From Macrostomum lignano (lineage: Eukaryota), in NCBI GenBank assembly GCA_002269645.1, contig NIVC01002311.1:93672-157671 (forward strand): 64,000 nucleotides of DNA. The letters are read 5' to 3'. Made by a program: the position numbers and the translations under genes. The notes under the pieces are model-generated. The model did no database searches. It was given only the letters and a program-made list of their open reading frames with translations, and was not told where the DNA came from. Below, in pieces: positions 37,526 through 49,326 of this stretch (within the stretch, counting starts at the first letter, position 1; every line of letters begins with the position of its first letter).

Positions 37526-38154
37526 TCCCCAAGTGCCGGAGGGCAGCCAATCAATTAGTGTATAATTAGAAAATGACAAAGATTAACTTCTCATTTCTCA
37601 TCGATTATCAAAACAGACAGTGAATTGAACTCATTTTTTCAAAGTAAACTAACTCTGCTTAATTATAAAGTTATAATTTCTATTAAGCGCGGTAGCTCAG
37701 TCTCAGTTTCTCGTGAATTTCAGTTTCTCTGCCTCATCGAATTCAATTAATTATTGCAACGGCTGCACAGGACCAGCGCTTACCTTAATGTCCCTGGATT
37801 TTTACTAATCTCTGTAATTATTTTGAGGTGTATTACATTCGAGCTTTTCTCTGGGCTTTCCGTTCAGTTTCTCGTCTACAATGCGATCGATCGGTGTTTC
37901 TGTCTTAATAAAATTCCCCATTTAATAAGGAATTAAATTTGCACTTACTGTAAAACCGCTTGCCACACCTGATAGCAGCGCCAGCGAATGTTGATTATAG
38001 TATTAAATAAAAGTACATCAAGCAAGAACTGCTTCAACATTGAAAGTGGCTATCCGTATCTAATTGAAGGCCAAAGTTTGATGTTAAAGTGTTTTTTGCA
38101 CTAATTTGGCCTCTGGGGGTTGTCGTCAATTGTTTTTCTCATTTCAGTCAAGAG

Positions 38155-41100
38155 GGCCCACCCCCTGCTCCTTCAGTGCTGCTGCCCCCCTGCTCCTTCA
38201 GTGCTGCTGCCCCCCTGCTCCTTCAGTGCTGCTGCCCCCTGCTCCTTCAGTGCTGCTGCCCCCTGCTCCTTCAGTGCTGCTGCCCCCCTGCTCCTTCAGT
38301 GCTGCTGCCCCCCTGATCCTTCAGTGCTGCTGCCCCCCTGCTCCTTCAGTGCTGCTGCCCCCCTGCTCCTTCAGTGCTGCTGCCCCCTGCTCCTTCAGTG
38401 CTGCTGCCCCCTGCTCCTTCAGTGCTGCTTCCCCCCTGATCCTTCAGTGCTGCTGCCCCCTGCTCCTTCAGTGCTGCTGCCCCCTGCTCCTTCAGTGCTG
38501 CTGCCCCCTGCTCCTTCAGTGCTGCTGCCCCCCTGCTCCTTCAGTGCTGCTGCCCCCTGCTCCTTCAGTGCTGCTTCCCCCCTGATCCTTCAGTGCTGCT
38601 GCCCCCTGCTCCTTCAGTGCTGCTGCCCCCTGCTCCTTCAGTGCTGCTGCCCCCCTGCTCCTTCAGTGCTGCTGCCCCTGCTCCTTCAGTGCTGCTTCCC
38701 CCCTGATCCTTCAGTGCTGCTTCCCCCTGCTCCTTCAGTGCTGCTGCCCCCTGCTCCTTCAGTGCTGCTGCCCCCTGCTCCTTCAGTGCTGCTGCCCCCC
38801 TGCTCCTTCAGTGCTGCTGCCCCCTGCTCCTTCAGTGCTGCTTCCCCCCCCCTGATCCTTCAGTGCTGCTGCCCCCTGCTCCTTCAGTGCTGCTGCCCCC
38901 TGATCCTTCAGTGCTGCTTCCCCCTGCTCCTTCAGTGCCCCCCTGCTCCTTCAGTGCTGCTGCCCCCTGCTTCTTCAGTGCTGCTGCCCCCCTGCTCCTT
39001 CAGTGCTGCTGCCCCCTGCTCCTTCAGTGCTGCTGCCCCCTGCTCCTTCAGTGCTGCTTCCCCCCTGCTCCTTCAGTGCTGCTGCCCCCTGATCCTTCAG
39101 TGCTGCTGCCCCCCTGCTCCTTCAGTGCTGCTTCCCCCCTGATCCTTCAGTGCTGCTGCCCCCCTGCTTTTTCAGTGCTGCTGCCCCCTGATCCTTCAGT
39201 GCTGCTGCCCCCTGCTCCTTCAGTGCTGCTGCCCCCCTGCTCCTTCAGTGCTGCTGCCCCCTGCTCCTTCAGTGCTGCTTCCCCCCCCCCTGATCCTTCA
39301 GTGCTGCTGCCTCCCTGCTCCTTCAGTGCTGCTGCCCCCTGCTCCTTCAGTGCTGCTTCCCCCTGATCCTTCAGTGCTGCTGCCCCCCTGCTCCTTCAGT
39401 GCTGCTGCCCCCCTGCTCCTTCAGTGCTGCTGCCCCCCTGCTCCTTCAGTGCTGCTGCCCCCCTGCTCCTTCAGTGCTGCTGCCCCCTGCTCCTTCAGTG
39501 CTGCTGCCCCCCTGCTCCTTCAGTGCTGCTGCCCCCCTGCTCCTTCAGTGCTGCTGCCCCCTGCTCCTTCAGTGCTGCTTCCCCCCTGATCCTTCAGTGC
39601 TGCTTCCCCCTGCTCCTTCAGTGCTGCTGCCCCCTGCTCCTTCAGTGCTGCTGCCCCCCTGCTCCTTCAGTGCTGCTGCCCCCTGCTCCTTCAGTGCTGC
39701 TGCCCCCCTGCTCCTTCAGTGCTGCTTCCCCCCCCCCTGATCCTTCAGTGCTGCTGCCCCCCTGCTCCTTCAGTGCTGCTGCCCCCCTGATCCTTCAGTG
39801 CTGCTTCCCCCCTGCTCCTTCAGTGCTGCTTCCCCCCTCCCCTGATCCTTCAGTGCTGCTGCCCCCCTGCTCCTTCAGTGCTGCTGCCTCCCTGCTCCTT
39901 CAGTGCTGCTGCCCCCCTGCTCCTTCAGTGCTGCTGCCCCCTGCTCCTTCAGTGCTGCTGCCCCCTGCTCCTTCAGTGCTGCTGCCCCCCTGCTCCTTCA
40001 GTGCTGCTGCCCCCCTGCTCCTTCAGTGCTGCTGCCCCCTGCTCCTTCAGTGCTGCTGCCCCCCTGATCCTTCAGTGCTGCTGCCCCCCTGCTCCTTCAG
40101 TGCTGCCCCCCCTGCTCCTTCAGTGCTGCTGCCCCCCTGATCCTTCAGTGCTGCTGCCCCCTGCTCCTTCAGTGCTGCTGCCCCCTGCTCCTTCAGTGCT
40201 GCTTCCCCCCCCCCCCTGATCCTTCAGTGCTGCTGCCCCCTGCTCTTTCAGTGCTGCTGCCCCCCTGATCCTTCAGTGCTGCTTCCCCCCTGCTCCTTCA
40301 GTGCTGCTGCCCCCCCCCCTGCTCCTTCAGTGCTGCTGCCCCCCTGCTCCTTCAGTGCTGCTTCCCCCCTGCTCCTTCAGTGCTGCTGCCCCCCTGATCC
40401 TTCAGTGCTGCTGCCCCCCTGCTCCTTCAGTGCTGCTGCCCCCCTGCTCCTTCAGTGCTGCTGCCCCCTGCTCCTTCAGTGCTGCTGCCCCCCTGCTCCT
40501 TCAGTGCTGCTGCCCCCTGCTCCTTCAGTGCTGCTGCCCCCCTGCTCCTTCAGTGCTGCTGCCCCCCTGATCCTTCAGTGCTGCTGCCCCCTGCTCCTTC
40601 AGTGCTGCTTCCCCCTGATCCTTCAGTGCTGCTGCCCCCCTGCTCTTTCAGTGCTGCTGCCCCCTGATCCTTCAGTGCTGCTGCCCCCTGCTCCTTCAGT
40701 GCTGCTGCCCCCCTGCTCCTTCAGTGCTGCTGCCCCCTGCTCCTTCAGTGCTGCTTCCCCCCCTGATCCTTCAGTGCTGCTGCCCCCCTGCTCTTTCAGT
40801 GCTGCTGCCCCCCTGATCCTTCAGTGCTGCTTCCCCCCTGCTCCTTCAGTGCTGCTGCCCCCCCTGCTCCTTCAGTGCTGCTGCCCCCTGCTCCTTCAGT
40901 GCTGCTGCCCCCTGCTCCTTCAGTGCTGCTGCCCCCTGCTCCTTCAGTGCTGCTGCCCCCTGATCCTTCAGTGCTGCTGCCCCCTGCTCCTTCAGTGCTG
41001 CCCCCCTGCTCCTTCAGTGCTGCTGCCCCCTGATCCTTCAGTGCTGCTGCCCCCTGCTCCTTCAGTGCTGCTGCCCCCCTGCTCCTTCAGTGCTGCTTCC

Positions 41101-42645
41101 CCCCCCCTGATCCTTCAGTGCTGCTGCCCCCCTGCTCTTTCAGTGCTGCTGTCCCCCCTGATCCTTCAGTGCTGCTTCCCCTCTGCTCCTTCAGTGCTGC
41201 TGCCCCCCTCCCCTGATCCTTCAGTGCTGCTGCCCCCCTGCTCCTTCAGTGCTGCTGCCTCCCTGCTCCTTCAGTGCTGCTGCCCCCCTGCTCCTTCAGT
41301 GCTGCTGCCCCCCTGCTCCTTCAGTGCTGCTGCCCCCTGCTCCTTCAGTGCTGCTGCCCCCCTGCTCCTTCAGTGCTGCTGCCCCCTGCTCCTTCAGTGC
41401 TGCTGCCCCCCTGCTCCTTCAGTGCTGCTTCCCCCCTGCTCCTTCAGTGCTGCTGCCCCCTGATCCTTCAGTGCTGCTGCCCCCCTGCTCAGTGCTGCTT
41501 CCCCCCTGATCCTTCAGTGCTGCTGCCCCCTGCTTTTTCAGTGCTGCTGCCCCCCTGATCCTTCAGTGCTGCTGCCCCCCTGCTCCTTCAGTGCTGCTGC
41601 CCCCTGCTCCTTCAGTGCTGCTGCCCCCTGCTCCTTCAGTGCTGCTTCCCCCCCCCCCTGATCCTTCAGTGCTGCTGCCCCCTGCTCCTTCAGTGCTGCT
41701 GCCCCCTGCTCCTTCAGTGCTGCTTCCCCCCTGATCCTTCAGTGCTGCTGCCCCCTGCTCCTTCAGTGCTGCTGCCCCCCTGCTCCTTCAGTGCTGCTGC
41801 CCCCCTGCTCCTTCAGTGCTGCTGCCCCCCTGCTCCTTCAGTGCTGCTGCCCCCTGCTCCTTCAGTGCTGCTGCCCCCTGCTCCTTCAGTGCTGCTGCCC
41901 CCTGCTCCTTCAGTGCTGCTGCCCCCCTGCTCCTTCAGTGCTGCTGCCTCCCTGCTCCTTCAGTGCTGCTGCCCCCCTGCTCCTTCAGTGCTGCTGCCCC
42001 CTGCTCCTTCAGTGCTGCTGCCCCCTGCTCCTTCAGTGCTGCTGCCCCCTGCTCCTTCAGTGCTGCTGCCCCCTGCTCCTTCAGTGCTGCTGCCCCCCTG
42101 CTCCTTCAGTGCTGCCCCCCTGCTCCTTCAGTGCTGCTGCCCCCTGATCCTTCAGTGCTGCTGCCCCCTGCTCCTTCAGTGCTGCTGCCCCCTGCTCCTT
42201 CAGTGCTGCTGCCCCCTGCTCCTTCAGTGCTGCTGCCCCCTGATCCTTCAGTGCTGTCCCCCCCCCTGATCCTGCAGTGCTGCCCCCTGATCCTTCAGTG
42301 CTGCTGCCCCCCTGATCCTTCAGTGCTGTCCCCTGCTCCTTCAGTGCTGCTGTCCCCCCCTGATCCTTCAGTGCTGCTGCCCCCCTGATCCTACAGTGCT
42401 GTCCCCTGCTCCTTCAGTGCTGCTGCCCCCCTGATCCTTCAGTGCTGTCCCCTGCTCCTTCAGTGCTGCTGTCCCCCCCTGCTCCTTCAGTGCTGCTGTC
42501 CCCCCTGATCCTTCAGTGCTGCTGTCCCCCCTGATCCTTCAGTGCTGTCCCCTGCTCCTTCAGTGCTGCTGTCCCCCCCTCCCTGCTCCTTCAGTGCTGC
42601 TGTCCCCCCTGATCCTTCAGTGCTGTCCCCCTGATCCTTCAGTGA
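38155..42645 (-). repeat. 4.5-kb satellite A array (ccccctgctccttcagtgctgctg, about 24-26 nt), inverted relative to the arrays at 44.0 and 49.3 kb
   Basis: Seen directly; its reverse complement matches the cagcagcactgaaggatcagggg units. Confidence 0.97.
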
Positions 42646-43179
42646 GTGTCTGCTGCACTGAGCAGATCAGTGAGTAGTTAATGGCCATAATTTTACTTTA
42701 TACTTTAAACCAATCAAAATTTGATTTAAAAGCTGGAAACGTGGACAGCAGCTCAGAGTTGATGAGCTGTTTACCCGGAGCGGGGATTTGTGTTTTTGTC
42801 ATTCCCCAAAATCGCAGCTTCAGCTGCTCAGATGCTGATAATCCTTCTCAATGCATTCAGAATTTTTATCATTTTTTTGACTATATGATTAATCATTCAC
42901 TCTGATCAAAAACGGTCAATCAGTCTCTCAGAGCTGCCAGCATCCTGGGGATACCCCACTCCCATTGCGGGGGAAATATATATTTCTAAATATCCTTGAC
43001 TAGAATTTTCTCAATATCGGTTTTAACAAAGGGAGAATTTTTCCAGTTGCAATTTAATAGAGACTTGCATGATGATGTTATTCAAATTGGATCGTCAGGC
43101 ATGAACTGGGAGTTGCTTTGCCAACCGCCATCAGTGTCAATAACCCCTGCAACCTGCTGTGGCTGACAGGAGTTCTCTG

Positions 43180-43612
43180 CAGTCTCCCAGTCTGCATCGC
43201 TACTCTCACTCTCAGTCTGCATTTCTACTCTCACTCTCAGTCTGCATCTCTACTCTCACTGTCAGTCTGCATTTCTACTCTCACTCTCAGTCTGCATCTC
43301 TACTCTCACTGTCAGTCTCTCAGTCTGCATCTCTACTCTCACTCTCTGTCTGCATCTCTACTCTCACTCTCAGTCTGCATTTCTACTCTCACTCTCAGTC
43401 TGCATCTCTACTCTCACTCTCAGTCTGCATTTCTACTCTCACTCTCAGTCTGCATCTCCACTCCCACTCTCAGTCTTCCATTCTGCATCTCTACTCTCAC
43501 TCTCAGTCTGCATCTCTACTCTCACCGTCAGTCTGCATCTCTACTCTCACTCTCAGTCTGCATATCTAATCTCACTCTCAGTCTCACAGTCTCGCTCTCT
43601 AATCTCACTCTC
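43180..43612. repeat. 25-nt satellite B (tctcagtctgcatctctactctcac), copy 1
   Basis: Seen directly. Confidence 0.95.
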
Positions 43613-44022
43613 AGCTTCCTGCATCAGCTTTTTCAGATCTCTTAAACTCTCATTTCTCTACTTTCGGGTAAGTGTCATTCAGTTTAAAATAAGTCAGAAA
43701 TTCGACTCTCATGGCTTATTTTATTATGAATAAATAATTCTAAATAAAAAACGGTTCCAAGGCCCCGGGGGGTTTACGCAGCCAGTGCAACAGTGCCTCA
43801 AGCAGCTGCCTTAACAGCTAGGCACACCTGAGGCCCGCGAGGACTGTTAGAAATTGGCGGGTTGCAAATTGAATTTCTGGCCAGAGCAATGAAGATGAAG
43901 GCTCCCAGCAGCCTTCTGGGATGTTGAAATCGATGAGCAGCTGCTGACAAAGCTGTGTTCAAGTTTATCTTTTGCATTCGGGCAGCTCAATTCTCAGCTC
44001 AAACTGCTGCTCAAAACAAGAG

Positions 44023-44885
44023 GCAGCGGCACTGAAGGATCAGCAGGGGGGACAGCAGCACTGCAGGATCAGGGGGGACAGCATTGAAGGATCAGGGGGG
44101 ACAGCAGCACTGAAGGATCAGCAGGGGGGGACAGCAGCACTGCAGGATCAGGGGGACAGCATTGAAGGATCAGGGGGGACAGCAGCACTGAAGGATCAGC
44201 AGGGGGGACGGCAGCACTGCAGGATCAGGGGGGACAGCATTGAAGGATCAGGGGGGACAGCATTGAAGGATCAGGAGGGACAGCAGCACTGAAGGATCAG
44301 GGGGACAGCAGCACTGAAGGATCAGGGGACAGCACTGAAGGATCAGGGGGGACAGCAGCACTGAAGGATCAGGGGGAACAGCAGCACTGAAGGATCAAGG
44401 GGGACAGCAGCACTGAAGGATCAGGGGACAGCACTGAAGGATCAGGGGGGACAGCAGCACTGAAGGATCAGGGGACAGCACTGAAGGATCAGGGGGGACA
44501 GCATTGAAGGATCAGGGGGACAGCAGCACTGAAGGATCAGGGGGGACAGCAGCACTGAAGGATCAGGGGGGACAGCAGCACTGAAGGATCAGGGGGGACA
44601 GCACTGAAGGATCAGGGGGGACAGCAGCACTGAAGGATCAAGGGGGACAGCAGCACTGAAGGATCAGGGGGGACAGCACTGAAGGATCAGGGGGGACAGC
44701 AGCACTGAAGGATCAGGGGACAGCACTGAAGGATCAGGGGGACAGCATTGAAGGATCAGGGGGGACAGCAGCACTGAAGGATCAGGGGGGGGACAGCAGC
44801 ACTGAAGGATCAGGGGGGGGGGACAGCAGCACTGAAGGATCAGGGGACAGCACTGAAGGATCAGGGGGGACAGCAGCACTGAAGG
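44023..44885 (+). repeat. Satellite A' array (ggggacagcagcactgaaggatca), copy 1
   Basis: Seen directly. Confidence 0.95.
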
Positions 44886-45748
44886 ACAGCAGCTCTGAAC
44901 TGCTCCAACAACGACACCACGACAGCCAGCACGATCGCAGCATCTAGCAATGAGCCCACGGCAAGCACGAGCACGGAGACCAACGCCGACTCGGTAGTGG
45001 ACGGCGGCGCGACGACCATCGGGGACGTGGCAGCGAGCGCCGATGCGACGATCAGCAACGACCCCTCAGCGGCTGCGGTGCGGCTTCGGACGGCAGTCCG
45101 GCGGCAGGCGGGACCACCGAAGTCGCCTCACCTGAGAACGGCTGTACGTCGGCAGCTGACGACCTCTTTGTGACCCCGCCTCTTCCACGGGTGGGACTGC
45201 CTGCTTCACCTGCCAAACGCCGCTTACCATCGCCGGACTCTGAAGACTCCCCTGGTGGTCCGGAACGCCACAGGCCGCATCTGAATGACTCACCCAGCAC
45301 CTTTGAGCAACCTGTTTCGCTCATCATCAGCAGGGACTGCCGGAACCTGGTACTCTGCCCAAAGCCTTTCGAGGGCCTCAAACTGCCGGCAATCACAGAG
45401 GTACATGAGTACTCACTGTCAGCCTTACCATCTCTACTGAGGTCGGCTGCCCTGCGGAACCGGCAATGCGCTCAGTCAACGGTGCTGGTCCTGCCGGACG
45501 AGCTGCTCAGCACAGACCACTGGCGAGAGTCGCTCTCTGAGGCTATCGATCTACTGAGAGCGGACAGACTGACACGTAAGATCCTTCTGGTTCCGCCCTT
45601 TGCCAGCGGTGAAGAATTGACTCAATCTCTGAGTAAGAAACTCTCACCTGTTACTCTTATTGCCTCTCCTCCTCTTAAACCAATTGTATCCTTCTCAGCG
45701 CCTGACTTTATACTGGCGCTGGCTTCCTGGCTGAGAACTTTAAACTAG
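44883..45748 (+). CDS. PLE ORF1: S/T-rich N-terminus (frame change near 45075) plus alpha/beta domain resembling a degenerate SGNH/GDSL fold
   Basis: Frame open 44954-45748 and containing the listed 192-aa ORF. The pattern SLIISRDC / TVLVLPDELL / WRESLSEAIDLLRADRLTRKILLVPP is judged by eye only. Confidence 0.55.
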
Positions 45749-47986
45749 CTGACTACTGTAGGCCTCCCAAACTGGAAGGCAACATTTTGAATCTACACCC
45801 TACCTTCAAACTCTCCGAGTCTGAGACGAGGCTGCTAGATAGGGGACTCAATTTTATCCCAACCCAAGCCCTTGATTTCGATTATTTGAGGAACTGCATG
45901 ACGGAATTTCATCGTAAACTTTTCTGGAAAGACTTTTTCAAAAAGAGGGGTCTCGCCAATACCAGCCCGCCCCCCTTCACCGGGAAATCAGTGAAGGAGG
46001 TTCCCCTCAGACTGAGAAGGGATGAGTGCAACTTGTTTGTACTTGAGAACCAAAAACTGGTAGAGAATTTGACAACGGTACAGATCAAAGGCAACCTAGA
46101 GGCATCAGAGACCAGGGCGATTCAGGGGCTCAAGCGAAACAGCTCCGTCTTTATAAAAAAGGTGGACAAAGGCAACGCAGTGGTCATCATGCACCCTAAG
46201 GACTACGAATTTGCAGCCTACAACCAACTGTTTGACACTGATGCCTATCAACAGCTGGACCAGCCATTGCAACCCGTGACTGCGGAACTTATTAGGGGGA
46301 TCTTCCTCAATTTATGTAACAGAAAGTTCATATCTAAGAAACAGTGTGCATTTCTTTGTCCTGGAGAGAACTTCCGTCCCCGGCATTTCTACCTGCTCCC
46401 AAAAATTCACAAGGACCCGGCCACCTGGCTGATCCCCTTTCGGGTCCCAGCAGGCAGACCTATTGTTAGCGGATGTAGTTCTGAAGCAATTGGAGCAGAA
46501 AAGTACATAGACTTCTTTCTAAAACCGATTGCCCAAGCGCAACCCACCTTCATTAAGGACTCGTATGACTTCAAGGCACACCTTATGGATAAAAGCTGCA
46601 CGGAAGGTTCGACTCTCGCAACCTGTGATGTCCAGAGTCTGTACTCCATGATCCCAATAGATCAGGGCATTGCAGCGATCCAGGAATTCTTTAACCGATA
46701 CCCGGATCCCATTAGACCGGATGCTGAAATAATAAAACTACTGGAATTGTGTTTGTACAGGAATGACTTTGAATTTGACAAAATGATTTTCCTACAACTT
46801 AGAGGTACAGCCATGGGGCGCATATTTGCGCCCAGCTATGCCTGTCTCTTCATGAGCCTCTGGGAGGAAACTGCCCTGAGAACTGCTCTTTATAAGCCGA
46901 ACATCTATTTTAGGTACATAGATGATATCTTCATTCACTGGGACCACCCGGCTGAAGCTCTGACAGAATTTGTTCGACACCTAAATTCAATCAACCCCAG
47001 CATTAAACTCACCGTCAGCTCCTCATCAACTGAGGTCAGTTTCCTTGACATGACCATCAGGAAAGCTGAAAACCGCTTCACAACACAACTGTTTTCAAAA
47101 GAAACAGACACTCATAGATTGTTGCACCGACAGTCCTTCCATCCGTCACACACCTTCAAGGGGGTAGTAAAATCCCAAATCCTTCGGTACGCTCGTATCT
47201 GTGATGACTACAAGTCTTTCAACGATGCTTTCAATTCTTTAAAATCGGAACTCAAGCAATTAGGCTACTCGAAGATTTTTCTTAGAAACTGCAAAAAGGA
47301 GGTCCTCAAACTTATGAACTGGACTGCGGGACCAACGACCAATCTGGGTCTGCTTCCCAAAGGGTTCCATCCCTGTGGGTCATCCCGCTGCAAATGCTGC
47401 ACCCACTCACCGCCTGCTCTCTCCGCCCAGGGACTGAAACCGGCTTCTGGTTTTTTAATCTCTCAGAGCCTGTCCTGTGGCTCCAAGAACATCATCTATG
47501 GCATCTCCTGCAACCAGTGCCACCCTGGGAAAATCTTCTATGTAGGTATGACTAGAAGAACAATGAGAGATAGAATGAACCAGCACAGGTCAAATATTAA
47601 CAGGAGAGTCGTAACTTCGGGGTCAGAGCACTTTCTCACCCCCAATCACTCGATTGCAAACTTTGTCTCCATTGCTATCGAACAAATTCTTAATAACAAC
47701 AAAATCGAACTTAGGGAAGAAATCTGGATTAAAAAAACTGGGGACTGACAAACCGCCGGGTACGAACATCAGGGTCGACAATCATCTTCTCCGACCCATC
47801 CCACTGGTCCTTCATTTTCACCCATCTACGGTCTGGCTTGCCAACGAGATTGCTAAAAACTTTGATAAGCTACAAAATAAACCAGGCTCCCGCATACTGC
47901 CCGCATTTACACGGCAACGTAACTTACAGAGCCTCCTGGCTCCCAATAAGTTCAAGTCTCAGCCAGGAAACATTGAATCATTTTAA
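45739..47986 (+). CDS. PLE reverse transcriptase - Cys knuckle - GIY-YIG endonuclease - displaced linker segment; +1 indel in the A7 run at 47731-47737
   Basis: ILNL..LSESETRLLDRGLNFIPT, IKKVDKG, FYLLPKIHK, GRPIVSG, TCDVQSLYSMIP, GTAMGRIFAP, YIDD (46915-46926), VSFLDM, CGSSRCKCC, NIIYGISCNQC..FYVGMT..RMNQH, REEIWI, then KKLGTDKPPGTN in the shifted frame. Confidence 0.93.
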
Positions 47987-48350
47987 CCAATGCGCTATTT
48001 TTACCCTATTGAAGTACAATATTTATTCACGTGTCATTTATTTTATTTTATTCAAACTGCTTAATTGTACGCTCAATTATCGATTTTTATGCTCCTACCC
48101 CCAATACCGGCATTTCATCTAATCGTATAGTATCGCATATCGTATAGTACTTCGAAATAACAATTTTTATAACAAATATACTGTCGTTTAAAATTAATGG
48201 TGGAAAGCCTCTGGGACAAGTTAGAGCTAGGCAAAACAGGGTTTTAAATGTACATCCCTCATATGTACAACTACTCATCAATTTTATCAGACTAAGAAAA
48301 ATAATACTTAACAGACCAATTTGAATTGCATGACACACAGATTTTTTGAC

Positions 48351-48382
48351 CTGACGAAGAGCCCAGAGGCTCGAAACCGGTA
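48351..48382 (+). ncRNA. Minimal type I hammerhead ribozyme-like motif
   Basis: CTGACGA-A-GAGCC-caga-GGCTC-GAAA-CCGG-TA: intact core, 5-bp helix II, palindromic ACCGGT helix III and GUA triplet. Helix I pairing is weak in this copy. Confidence 0.6.
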
Positions 48383-48419
48383 GCCCAGATTTAATACATT
48401 ATTTTTTAAAAACGCCGTG

Positions 48420-48917
48420 ACCTCTCTTCTCTCTCTCTCTACCTCACTCTCAGTCTTCCAGTCTGCATCTCTACTCCCACTCTCAGTCTTCCATTCTGCA
48501 TCTCTACTCTCACTCTCAGTCTGCATCTCTACTCTCACCGTCAGTCTGCATCTCTACTCTCACTCTCAGTCTGCATCTCTACTCTCACCGTCAGTCTGCA
48601 TCTCTACTCTCACTGTCAGTCTCTCAGTCTGCATCTCTACTCTCACTCTCAGTCTGCATCTCTACTCTCACTCTCAGTCTGCATTTCTACTCTCACTCTC
48701 AGTCTGCATCTCTACTCTCACTCTCAGTCTGCATTTCTACTCTCACTCTCAGTCTGCATCTCCACTCCCACTCTCAGTCTTCCATTCTGCATCTCTACTC
48801 TCACTCTCAGTCTGCATCTCTACTCTCACCGTCAGTCTGCATCTCTACTCTCACTCTCAGTCTGCATATCTAATCTCACTCTCAGTCTCACAGTCTCGCT
48901 CTCTAATCTCACTCTCA
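48420..48917. repeat. 25-nt satellite B, copy 2
   Basis: Seen directly. Confidence 0.95.
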
Positions 48918-49326
48918 GCTTCCTGCATCAGCTTTTTCAGATCTCTTAAACTCTCATTTCTCTACTTTCGGGTAAGTGTCATTCAGTCTAAAATAAGTCA
49001 GAAATTCGACTCTCATGGCGTATTTTATTATGAATAAATAATTCTAAATAAAAAACGGTTCCAAGGCCCCGGGGGGTTTACGCAGCCGGTGCAACAGTGC
49101 CTCAAGCAGCTGCCTTAACAGCTAGGCACACCTGAGGCCCGCGAGGACTGTTAGAAATTGGCGGGTTGCAAATTGAATTTCTGGCCAGAGCAATGAAGAT
49201 GAAGGCTCCCAGCAGCCTTCTGGGATGTTGAAATCGATGAGCAGCTGCTGACAAAGCTGTGTTCAAGTTTATCTTTTGCATTCGGGCAGCTCAATTCTCA
49301 GCTCAAACTGCTGCTCAAAACAAGAG

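Noticed and set aside
43893-43945. Second hammerhead-like motif (aTGAAGAtg..hairpin..GAAATCGATg) in the duplicated block
   Set aside because: C3 is replaced by A, helix II does not close onto GAAA and the cleavage position would be G.
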